A program made the position numbers and the translations under genes. The notes beneath the pieces are model-generated. The model was not told where the DNA came from. It saw nothing but the letters and a program-made list of their open reading frames with translations, and made no database searches. Source: a virus (taxonomy: Duplodnaviria > Caudoviricetes). Taken from it: a stretch of DNA of 64,000 nt. The stretch lies in the IMG/VR virus record IMGVR_UViG_2808606549_000001, positions 63,535 through 127,534 of that record; one strand, given 5' to 3'. This document shows, one piece after another, positions 1 to 9,460 of the stretch (the stretch's first letter is position 1; each line of letters begins with the position of its first letter).

Positions 1-602
1 TTTAGTGAGGCATGAAGAATGAAACTGCCTCCACAATATTGAGCCGTCTCTTGGCAATTTCCTTTATCAGTCCAAGCCAATTTAAGACATCCAGCAGCTA
101 GGCTACCAACAATATCATCCTCAGTGTCATGAACAAAAACTGTTCCCTTTTTGCAACCAGGCATATCTTTTTGAAGAATGTATTTCTTCATCTTTTGTTG
201 ACGATTGCGATCCAATATATATGGATAATTTCTTTTGTGCATCTCGTACTCTCCATGAAATTTGCTTTTTATCGTATATTAACTTACTGGATTGTTGCTA
301 AACCTGAAGGTTAGTGTGCTGCAAAACTTTCGATTTACCGCAATGTTTCCTTCAAGCCAACAATTCTCAATCTTTTTTCGCGTCGCATTTTCTAGAAAAA
401 ACAAGTCAAATCGAAAATCTCTACCTGAATAAATCATCATCTCGTACTTTCTTTCTATATCATGATATGTACGATGCACATTAAACGAACCTTCATCATA
501 TCTGTATGATACATTGTCTACTTCCATCACAAGATATCCGTCACTCCATACTTCTCCTCTAATCATAGTACCTCCTATTTTTTCTCTCATGAAATACGCC
601 TT

Positions 603-938
603 TTATCGGACTGCCAATGCGAGTAATGCCGCCTTGCAAATAGCTTCTGGGGCAGTTGAACCGTATTGTTTGCTGGACTTCCAAACATTCTCTTTAAGTG
701 TTAGTCGGCATGTATATTGCAAGTGTTGATACCCTTCATTCATATCAGAAAGATTGATCTCGCGAGTAATAAATTTTTCACTTAAAAATACTTGCCAAGC
801 GGCTAACAAATCTGATGAATATGGACCAGGCTTAAAATACATGCTTTTCGTTTTATCAAAAACATAATACTCAATAAGTGAATCCAAATATCCACCACAT
901 TCTAACTTTTCAATCTCAATCTGATTTATCTTTAACAT
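603..938 (-). CDS. Phage protein, probably ABA-sandwich (BC1872-like) domain
   Basis: YSSDLLAAWQV ... TAPEAICKAALLA pattern; the stop codon lies inside the junction motif at 589-606. Confidence 0.55.
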   Translation of the reverse strand: MLKINQIEIEKLECGGYLDSLIEYYVFDKTKSMYFKPGPYSSDLLAAWQVFLSEKFITREINLSDMNEGYQHLQYTCRLTLKENVWKSSKQYGSTAPEAICKAALLALAVR

Positions 939-1040
939 CTCCTTCTTAGATAAAATTCGGCTTTCATGGGAATTTTCAATTTAGAAAACCCTTGATTTCC
1001 AACGGTTTTTAAAACGTAATTTTCCCATGAAAGGTTGATT

Positions 1041-1193
1041 TTATCGGAACGACTCACTCGGATGCTCAGGACGGCCATCACAATATTCGCAAAGTTCGTC
1101 ATCACACTTCTTTTCAAGCCACTCATCACATCGAGGGCAGTATTTTGTATCATAGTAATCGGAATACTTGATCAAATCGTAATGTTCGCACAT
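1041..1193 (-). CDS. Small Cys-rich protein, 50 aa (MCEHYDL...SESFR), not in the ORF track
   Basis: Translated by hand; GGAGG RBS; CxxC pairs; the stop TAA is part of the junction motif at 1027-1044. Confidence 0.6.
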   Translation of the reverse strand: MCEHYDLIKYSDYYDTKYCPRCDEWLEKKCDDELCEYCDGRPEHPSESFR

Positions 1194-1384
1194 ATTAGAT
1201 CCTCCAATCAATAGTCATGGCCTGAAGCATCGTCGTATCCGTCAATCTCCAGAGACTCCCATTCGCACCCACATTCTTTGCATACTTCAATTCCCTTGAT
1301 AACCTTTGGTTTCTTGGTGCTTCCGCAATTTAGACACTCATCTTTAAAATTCAATATTAATTCTCCCGTTTTCATGTTTTATAT

Positions 1385-2467
1385 TTATGTGTATTTGATA
1401 CGATGAGTGAAGCATTCTTCATACAGTGCCGTAAAGATATCTCTTCCTCTATCGGTGGGCGAATCCTTATCTTCTTTTGATAACAATCCTTTGCTATCCC
1501 ACATGGCGAATACCTGACGAGCAGCACCAAATTTCCTGCCTTCTTTTTTAAAAGCTTCAGCATCCTTGTCTTTGTCTAGTGCAATAATGATTTGTACATC
1601 TAAACCAAGATTCTTAATCATATCAACCTGGAAGTCACTTATACTATCTCCACCAATTGAGATGCAATTTCTAAACCCATACTGAGTAGCGAACCAGCAA
1701 CTTTTCTCACCTTCAAAGATGATTACTTCTCTCTTCTCTAGGATGTAGTATAAGGCTCGGTGCCAATTGTACCATTCGATGATTTTTATGTAGTTGTATA
1801 GATATAGGAACTTGTAAATATCTTTCTCTTTATAGTCTTCAACAGTCGTGCGTCCCTTTATTGAAATAATCTCTCCATACTGATTATGTATTGGATAGAT
1901 GATACGTTCAGAATAAAGGTCATATCCGACTTGGAACTCTACCTGGGTCTCATAGTTTAGTCCATCGTCTAAATATTTTTTGTGAGGAAACATGATGTAT
2001 TGATTCAAAATCTCATCGTCATAAGCCTTGTTCTCGGTCATTGGAACAGCGGATTTCTTGCCTCGTTGCTTCCTAACCTGTTTAAGCCATGCTAATGGAT
2101 CTTCCTGCTTCTCCTCAAAGAAACGGCCTTCTATGTATTCCTTGTACCCCAGGCGATCGCATATCCATTTCTTCGCTCGTGGGATATTCTGAAGCATCTT
2201 CGTCTCATCTTCAATGTCGAAAACTATGTAAGACACAAGGCCGTATATATCAATGTTATCCATGCCTCTTGATCTAACTCGACACTTTAAATGCTCAGAC
2301 AAGTAAACTTGCAAGGATCTCTTGTTGTCACTATGAAACTTGTCTGGAAGTTGTGCTTCGTATCGATTAGTGGATAGCCTAATGTGGTTGCAATCCAATT
2401 GAAGCAGTAGTTCTTCAACCCTGTCTTCTTCGTAAATCCTTTGCTTTATTTCCTTGAGGTCGTTCAC
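1385..2467 (-). CDS. dnaG: Phage DNA primase (TOPRIM)
   Basis: IIFEGEKS and IIALDKDKD TOPRIM motifs; YPIHNQYGEIISIKGR; adjacent to the helicase. Confidence 0.88.
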   Translation of the reverse strand: MNDLKEIKQRIYEEDRVEELLLQLDCNHIRLSTNRYEAQLPDKFHSDNKRSLQVYLSEHLKCRVRSRGMDNIDIYGLVSYIVFDIEDETKMLQNIPRAKKWICDRLGYKEYIEGRFFEEKQEDPLAWLKQVRKQRGKKSAVPMTENKAYDDEILNQYIMFPHKKYLDDGLNYETQVEFQVGYDLYSERIIYPIHNQYGEIISIKGRTTVEDYKEKDIYKFLYLYNYIKIIEWYNWHRALYYILEKREVIIFEGEKSCWFATQYGFRNCISIGGDSISDFQVDMIKNLGLDVQIIIALDKDKDAEAFKKEGRKFGAARQVFAMWDSKGLLSKEDKDSPTDRGRDIFTALYEECFTHRIKYT

Positions 2468-2489
2468 ATGACCTCCTCCATATTAATAT

Positions 2490-3983
2490 TTAAAACATTG
2501 AGTTGGACGTTCTTTGCATCTGAAGATAAGCAACTTCTTTGAATGAGTTAATTCCATAATTTACTTCATACAAAATTTGCTCATCAGTACCCCCGTTACG
2601 GTTCTTGCTTATGTAGATAATCATATAGGTTTTATCGGGATCTAATTTGTATTCTTTCTTTTTCCATTTGCCGTCAAATTGATCCTTTTCCCAGTTATAT
2701 GCGAAGACTTTGTTTTTGCCATCTGGGTATTCATCTGCATAGAGAAGTCTTCCCATCAACACAACTGAAGCAACTTCAACAATTTCAAGAGATTTACCGA
2801 TTGCGCTTAAATCAAGGTATCTAAATTCCTTACCAATCTTCAACTGAACTGTTGCTAGCAAGCCGATATTATTTGCTTCCGGTTTGATGCAGTTAAAAAT
2901 CTCTTGTGCTGCCTCGCTAAATGCTTCCCATCTCGCAGCCTCTTTTGAAGAACTATCTGGCTTGAATGTATCAAGTAGAGCGTAGTTATAATTCAAAGGC
3001 TTCAATAGTTGTAATCGAGTAAGCATGTCATCTACTCGATATTTCTTCATATCAAAAAACTTGATGAGATCCTTATTATACTTACCAAGCCATTCTTTGG
3101 CTTCGTTTAATTTTTCTAAAGTGGATTCATCAAATTTACCTTCGGATAACTTCTCGCGATTTATTGCTTTATTTAAAATTTTAGATGCAACCGTAGCTAA
3201 GATAAGATTTCTTGATTTCCAGACATTCTCCTCGTTTGTAAACATCATTCCTTTTTCCTGATGCTCAACCAATGACAAGATGAACTTCTCCATTGAAATT
3301 GAACTCTTGCCTACACCAGAGGAAAGAACTAGATAAATTAGTTCTCCCTTTCTCCAACCTTTAATCTTCTTACTGAGTCGAGGCGAGTCATGTAATGGCA
3401 ACCCCATTGACTCTCCCTGGTTCATCTTATCAATAGCCTTATCCAGATCATCGAGGAGATTGTATTCAACCACTTCACCACAATTGACGTTAGCGAATGC
3501 CTTGCCAACTTTATGTTGGAAATAAGCCTGTAACTGTTTCAGCGTCATCTTGGCTAATTTAAGCATTAACTTCTTGTTGCTCACGTCAATCAAAGATTCA
3601 GCCTGAAACAACCTTAAACACTCAAATTTTTGAATCTCGGAGAAATGGTATTCATCATTGTCTTTGTTCTTACTACACTCTTCCTTTAACTCTCTGATCG
3701 TCTCAAAACCGCCATATTCGTTGTACTCTTCAAATAGAGACTTCTTGCCAATCTCGGTTGGCTTTGACGTCAAATATGAATATGTTGTTGTGTCATCAAA
3801 ATTACGAATGCCACTTGCGTACATTTCCTTGCCCTGAATGTAAAAGTAATACCAAATTTCTTTTGTAAAGGTCTCTTTGGTCACATTACTAGAGTTGTAC
3901 TTTTCATATAGTGATGGAGTTGACCAGAGATAACCAACAAACAAGCCTTCGTGCATTTCTGATGGAGTAACAAACTCATCCAA
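2490..3983 (-). CDS. DnaB-like replicative helicase (SPbeta YorI-like)
   Basis: Walker A SSGVGKS; ALLDTFK; TVQL; SKNRNG arginine-finger motif. Confidence 0.88.
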   Translation of the reverse strand: MDEFVTPSEMHEGLFVGYLWSTPSLYEKYNSSNVTKETFTKEIWYYFYIQGKEMYASGIRNFDDTTTYSYLTSKPTEIGKKSLFEEYNEYGGFETIRELKEECSKNKDNDEYHFSEIQKFECLRLFQAESLIDVSNKKLMLKLAKMTLKQLQAYFQHKVGKAFANVNCGEVVEYNLLDDLDKAIDKMNQGESMGLPLHDSPRLSKKIKGWRKGELIYLVLSSGVGKSSISMEKFILSLVEHQEKGMMFTNEENVWKSRNLILATVASKILNKAINREKLSEGKFDESTLEKLNEAKEWLGKYNKDLIKFFDMKKYRVDDMLTRLQLLKPLNYNYALLDTFKPDSSSKEAARWEAFSEAAQEIFNCIKPEANNIGLLATVQLKIGKEFRYLDLSAIGKSLEIVEVASVVLMGRLLYADEYPDGKNKVFAYNWEKDQFDGKWKKKEYKLDPDKTYMIIYISKNRNGGTDEQILYEVNYGINSFKEVAYLQMQRTSNSMF

Positions 3984-4010
3984 ATACTTTATTGAGATAA
4001 TACCACTCCT

Positions 4011-4604
4011 TTATAGTAAATCTGAGATGTCCATTTCATCTTTTTTCTTTATGTATGCATTTTTGTTGGTTGAAAGCGAAACGGAATCTCGGACGTCTGA
4101 ACTTGTTTCTGTTTTTGCTAGTTCATTGACTTTCTTTTGTCGTTGAACCCTCTCTGCATGTTCCTTTGCATCGGCAAGATTATTGCGAACTATCGCTAAA
4201 CCATACCTTAATTCTAAAAGTTTATTTTTAAACTCGCCTTTCTTTTTATCGATTGCTGTCACTATGCTTTCACGACAATATTCATATGTATAAGCAATTG
4301 CAGGATAAGGTATGCCCTTCTTGTAGTTCTTCTTCAACTTACCGAATAGTTGACTATCGTTTCGGAGATCCTCAAGAATCGGGTAAAATGAACTTGGGAT
4401 CAACTGATAGCTACTCAAACCGTGAACATCAGCTATCTTTATGGCCAACTCCAACTGTTGCTCACGCTCTTGTTGCTTGAAGCGTTTATCTTCTAAGTAG
4501 GCTGCATGACACTTTTCTTTGTGGTAATGCTTCTTGTTAGGTTCCTGGATCATTTCTGTCTTTTCAGATTTCGCCTCACACCAATAACATTTCACAATCG
4601 CCAT
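4011..4604 (-). CDS. Zn-finger-containing replication-associated protein (YorH-like position)
   Basis: N-terminal CYWC...H..CH; immediately upstream of the helicase. Confidence 0.5.
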   Translation of the reverse strand: MAIVKCYWCEAKSEKTEMIQEPNKKHYHKEKCHAAYLEDKRFKQQEREQQLELAIKIADVHGLSSYQLIPSSFYPILEDLRNDSQLFGKLKKNYKKGIPYPAIAYTYEYCRESIVTAIDKKKGEFKNKLLELRYGLAIVRNNLADAKEHAERVQRQKKVNELAKTETSSDVRDSVSLSTNKNAYIKKKDEMDISDLL

Positions 4605-5347
4605 TCAGTTAGCATCACCTCCTTAATCACGCTGCAATAATCTCATGTGCCGCTGAGTTTCCTAAGTTCATCTTCAACTATTTTGAGCAATGTTCCTGGC
4701 TCTCCTATGGTGCCAGTTTCTTTCCATTTCTCCTCTTCATGCTCGAATACCCATCCTTCCGATGACACCTGTATATTGAAAAGGCCGAATGGATATGCGT
4801 ATTCATTCGAAGCTGTTTTTTGGAAGCCACGACTTTTTAGGTATCTATTAATGAAGTCTACAGTCATTGGGTATCCTCCTTATAAAATGTCTTCTTTTAA
4901 TGGATGCTTACCCCTTATAATGGTCTTCGGTTGTTGTACAAGAATATATAAATTTCCCATCCCAATAACTGTAGTAGTCAACTCTCCCCATAGACCAAAC
5001 GCCATATGACTTTCCATGCTCAGGATTTGGAATCTCGTCTAGGCTCATAAAAATATTGCCTTGCTTGTAATAAGCTTTAGCACACCACAATAAGTTGACA
5101 ACTCTGAACCAAGGTAATTCCTGCGATACTTCTACTGCGCGAGGATTGCCTTGATCAATCATAAAGTTTGCAACAAATTCTCGGATCTCGGTTTCGTAAC
5201 TCAATCCCATCACCCCGAACGTATGTTTGACCTTATTATACCCAAACATACGTTCGTAGTACATAGGTTTCCTGCAAATTCTATATCCTGGATGATTATG
5301 ACTATACTATTTTTAATTATTTAAAGTCAATATGTATTATTTATTTA

Positions 5348-5860
5348 TTATGAAAAACGGATATGTTTTTTCTCTGGAGCAAACTCAGCTCCCTCAACCA
5401 CCTGACCGGACTTCAGGGCCTTCAGGATGGCGTCTGAGACGATTTTATCAGGCTGTGGGACGCGATATGCAGCAGGAATCTTAGAGGCGTCTGTAATCAA
5501 TACTGAAGCGTTATTCTTTTGAATACGCACATTGAAAAGCGGAGTCTTAAGTTTTTCAATACCAGCGAGTTCAAGCATTTGCTGAGTATACAATTTAAGA
5601 CGCTCATGTTTATTTTCTAGAGTGGTGCGATTCTTCTTTAGTCGATCTTCCTCAGTTTTGTATGCTGCGATATCACCCTCGATATTTTTGAGGAACTTGG
5701 CGATGTTTTCAACCTTGTTCTCAATTGTATCCTGGATAGCATCAAGGTTGTCGATGAGCATTTCAATTTCATCTTCTTCAATGCCCTCTTCATCTAGAGC
5801 ATCGTTAGAATATTCAAGAAATCGCTTATAGTTCTCAGTTAGTTCGTATAAAGATGGCAT
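5348..5860 (-). CDS. Siphovirus Gp157 family protein
   Basis: SLYELT start; coiled coil KVENIAKFLKNIEGD; IPAAYR...LKSG.VEGA C-terminus. Confidence 0.85.
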   Translation of the reverse strand: MPSLYELTENYKRFLEYSNDALDEEGIEEDEIEMLIDNLDAIQDTIENKVENIAKFLKNIEGDIAAYKTEEDRLKKNRTTLENKHERLKLYTQQMLELAGIEKLKTPLFNVRIQKNNASVLITDASKIPAAYRVPQPDKIVSDAILKALKSGQVVEGAEFAPEKKHIRFS

Positions 5861-6164
5861 TATTTACTTTCTCCTTTTCAATCTAAATATTTAATTACTC
5901 TTCTTCTTCTTTCTTCCCTCTTGGAGTTTACGCTTATGATCATCGCTCATGGTACGCTTAGGAGCATCTACTTTTTGCTTCTTCTTTGCTCTAAAGGAGA
6001 CTTGGCTAAAGTCTAATTCATATGTATATTGACCGTCATTAGAAATTTTTGTTGGTATCGCACCAATTTTTTTTAATTTCGTTTGAATTGTCTGTTGAAA
6101 CGTAGATACTATCCATTTCTTATTGGCGTCATCGCATTGTAAGACAGTTTCTCGCTCATAAGCA

Positions 6165-7040
6165 TTATAATTCATTTTTTATTCCTTTCAGAATTTCTTG
6201 AATTTTCATTTTAGTTCTAGTTTCCAGATATTCAATGAGCTTCGTTTCTGAGTATGATTGATGCTTTGTTTTTGTGTAAAGAGTCTGATAGGGGATGTTT
6301 GTCGCCTTATGCAAATCGTCTAGACTATACTGGGAATTGTATATATTTATTCTGATAGTATTTGTCTTATTTCTAAACTGCTCCTTCTTGGGTATCCAAC
6401 AGCAATTATTAGGCTCATAATTGCCATTAACGTCAATACGTTCTATTGTTAATTCATCTGTATATCCGTTTTCTAAAGACCAGTCTTTGAAGTTGGTAAA
6501 TCCTTCATCGCCAAGCCAGTCTGAAGATAATATAATACCTCTTCCCCCATAGTGCTTATAATTTTGGGCATTCTCTGAATAGCACCTTTTTTTCATACCT
6601 TTATATATTTTATATAACCTGGTATGAGCCATCCCATGTTTTGTTGATCTTTCAGTTGTGAGTTTTCGACCTAGACAACCGCAACTTAACGTATTATTCA
6701 AAGATGAAGAAGTGTGGACTTTTAAAGAACCACATTCGCATTCACACATCCAATATGGCCTACTAACATCTTCTTTATCTAATTTGTATATCACCTTTAA
6801 CAATCCAAATATTTTTCCCGTTAGGTCTAAGCAGCGGTCTTTTGCTATTTCCTTTCGTAAACAACCACAACTCCTTGTGTGTCCACTTTTAATATGTGAA
6901 CCGGAGACAGTCAATATAGTCCTCTTATCACATTGACACTCACAAACCCATTCGATTTGCTTATGCTTATTACTCGCTGCTCTCTTAATTACTTTTAAAT
7001 TCCCGAATACCATACCAGTTATGTCTATAAATTTTCCCAT
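6165..7040 (-). CDS. Free-standing HNH homing-type endonuclease with repeated CxC/SCGC modules
   Basis: DITGMVFG.L repeats, SCGC, YGGRGI, LTIERIDVNGNYEPNNC. Confidence 0.85.
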   Translation of the reverse strand: MGKFIDITGMVFGNLKVIKRAASNKHKQIEWVCECQCDKRTILTVSGSHIKSGHTRSCGCLRKEIAKDRCLDLTGKIFGLLKVIYKLDKEDVSRPYWMCECECGSLKVHTSSSLNNTLSCGCLGRKLTTERSTKHGMAHTRLYKIYKGMKKRCYSENAQNYKHYGGRGIILSSDWLGDEGFTNFKDWSLENGYTDELTIERIDVNGNYEPNNCCWIPKKEQFRNKTNTIRINIYNSQYSLDDLHKATNIPYQTLYTKTKHQSYSETKLIEYLETRTKMKIQEILKGIKNEL

Positions 7041-7267
7041 AATCTCTTACGTCAGCACCGTCCCCCCATGAAAATGAAATTTTATTTGAATACGCACTCT
7101 ATCATCAGCACAGCAAACGTCACGCCAATAAATAATCCAACTATAAAACCATTTAGAAATACTTCTCGCTTGTTTAGTTCGTGATGATTTGAATTATATT
7201 TCTGATCCTCAATAATCATCATCGATTCTAAGTCATCAAATTTATCAGTCTCACTCATAAATATCAC

Positions 7268-7936
7268 CTACTTAAATCTAAAGACAACTCGATTAACGTT
7301 AGGAATCTTCTCAAGAAGACCATCTAGGGCATCCTTGACGCCAATCTGAGTTTTTCCCTCTATTCTCTTGTCACTCATAATCTCACCTGAAACTAGTTTG
7401 CGGATCTCCGTATATAGTTGTTGCTTTTCTGTTTCGGAAAGAGGATTTCTAATCAGTCCAGTTTGAGTCTTGAACACAATCTCATCATATGGTACATCAA
7501 GAGATACGAGCGTCGTTTTAGGAAGTGATACGAATACAGAATTTCCGTACACTCGAACATCTTCCGTTTTAATGCTGCTTAAGTCGATGCCAGTCTTAAA
7601 ATAAGCATCAACTGTATATTGAATGGTTCTCCGTCCAATATGGTCTTTTAGCCACCCAGACTTCTCAAAGATACTGTCTGTATATGTATAGGTCTTTTCA
7701 GTGTGGCCTTCTAAGCCCACTAACTGATGGACATTATTAAGTGACTTCACAACCATCTCTTTATTCACGACACCACTATCTTTTATGTATGACAACCCTG
7801 AAACTGTATTAACCTTATGTGATATGTCTATTGAGTTGCCAGTTAACAGAAACGACTTTGCATATATAATGATTCCTAGTACGACTATGACAGCGATGAT
7901 TAGTTTTTTGTATTTTATTATTGTTTGTTTTATCAA
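7268..7936 (-). CDS. DUF4230-like membrane-anchored protein
   Basis: N-terminal TM segment; FKTGIDLSSI..DV.V.GNSVFVSLP motif. Confidence 0.6.
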   Translation of the reverse strand: MIKQTIIKYKKLIIAVIVVLGIIIYAKSFLLTGNSIDISHKVNTVSGLSYIKDSGVVNKEMVVKSLNNVHQLVGLEGHTEKTYTYTDSIFEKSGWLKDHIGRRTIQYTVDAYFKTGIDLSSIKTEDVRVYGNSVFVSLPKTTLVSLDVPYDEIVFKTQTGLIRNPLSETEKQQLYTEIRKLVSGEIMSDKRIEGKTQIGVKDALDGLLEKIPNVNRVVFRFK

Positions 7937-9176
7937 CCTCGCACCTCGTTATCCACTCCGCTTACATTACCTTTAAGCGTTCAATTTCTTCTTCGAGTTT
8001 ATTTACCTTCTCAACTAGCTCATTGATCTTATCCATCATTTCTTTGTTGTCTGGGAGCCGTTCGTCAGTTCCGTTACCAAATACACCGAATTCAATCTTT
8101 TTGAACAATCTCAAAATCATCTTATCGTCTCCTCTGTTTTGGCCCCATCGTAACACCCTAAGCATACGTGATAACTGTAAAACTCACCATTCTGTAGTCC
8201 TGTGTGATATGCGCTGCCTGAGCCTTTAGGGATCATCATAGAGCAATATAAACAAGGCCAGGACTGTTTGTTCCTCTTCTGGATTCTGACTCTTAGAATA
8301 CGTGTCTCTGCATATGATTCATATGTATATGCTTGACCTTGATACTCATCATTATTTATAAATACATTCTTCATTTATATGGTGACGAATCAACTCCTTA
8401 GCAACAATATCAAAGGCCACCCAATAGCCCAATTAATCAACATCTTCCACAAAGGCATTGGGTTAATAAATTCATCAATCGAATCTCTTTTAAAGTTGAT
8501 GTATATAAAACCCATGATAATCAAACCGATTACCATGTAGGCGACAATGATTAATAAAGTGATAATCCAAATCATATAGATAAAAACCTCATTTCATCGG
8601 AATTAGTAACCACACGACTTACAATAGCCCTCAACGAAAATCTTGAAATTCACATACAATTCCTCAATAGACTTTGCAGATGTGCTAGTTCTGGGATTCC
8701 CCATAAATAGTGAAAGTTTTATATCCTTATTTAATCCATTACTATCCATGTACACAGAGAATTCCTCAAGTAGTTTTCTAAGATAGTTGCACTCAGCCTT
8801 ATTGTCATCGAATAAATATGCCGTTTCTATTCCAAGACAATACTTCTTTTCATCTCGATCATATGTAATATCTATATCATTCATGGAATACAGGTGAGCG
8901 TCTATTCCAAGTAAATTACCCCACGATGTGACTCCCCAAATATGCTTTAGTGCTCCGCAGTTATACTCATTGTCTTCATAATCTGGATACTTCCTTTTCC
9001 ACCAATACACTTGCCATTTTTGTTTAATTTCATGTGTTCTAACAGTCCATTTAATATCTAAATATCTAATCAGTTTCCTAAGAAGTTTCAATTATTTAAC
9101 ACCCCATAAAACTATAATTTCGTAACCTGTATCTGGTATGATACAATAATGTAAAACGCACTAAGGGTGATACAAA

Positions 9177-9446
9177 TTGACTAAAAAAATCTCATTTGTA
9201 GAGTTTATGAATTCTCCTACATTTCCTAAGTTCAATAATGTTGATTTGCCTCCAAAAGACTCATCAATTGTAAAGGACGCTCCATTGCTGGAGATGTCTG
9301 AAGTGGCAAACAAGATTATTCGTGAACTATTGAGAAGGTCCGAACATGGGATCGAAGAAAGCAGATTCATTGAAACAAATGGCGAACTGCTTAAGATACT
9401 TTATCCGATAACAGTTATCATTCAAGCAAAATTAGCGCAGCCCTAA
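9177..9446 (+). CDS. Hypothetical protein, inverted relative to the array
   Basis: TTG start after AAGGGTGA RBS; own terminator; flanked by junction motifs at 9106 and 9469. Confidence 0.6.
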   Translation: MTKKISFVEFMNSPTFPKFNNVDLPPKDSSIVKDAPLLEMSEVANKIIRELLRRSEHGIEESRFIETNGELLKILYPITVIIQAKLAQP

Positions 9447-9460
9447 TATGGGGCTTTTTT
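9439..9460 (+). terminator. Rho-independent terminator of the inverted gene
   Basis: AGCCC-TAATATG-GGGCT followed by a T run. Confidence 0.65.

Noticed and set aside
6165-7040. Group I intron around the HNH gene (also considered for the nucleases at 40154 and 52760)
   Set aside because: Neighbouring genes are not split and the flanks are too short or lack intron core structure; these look free-standing.
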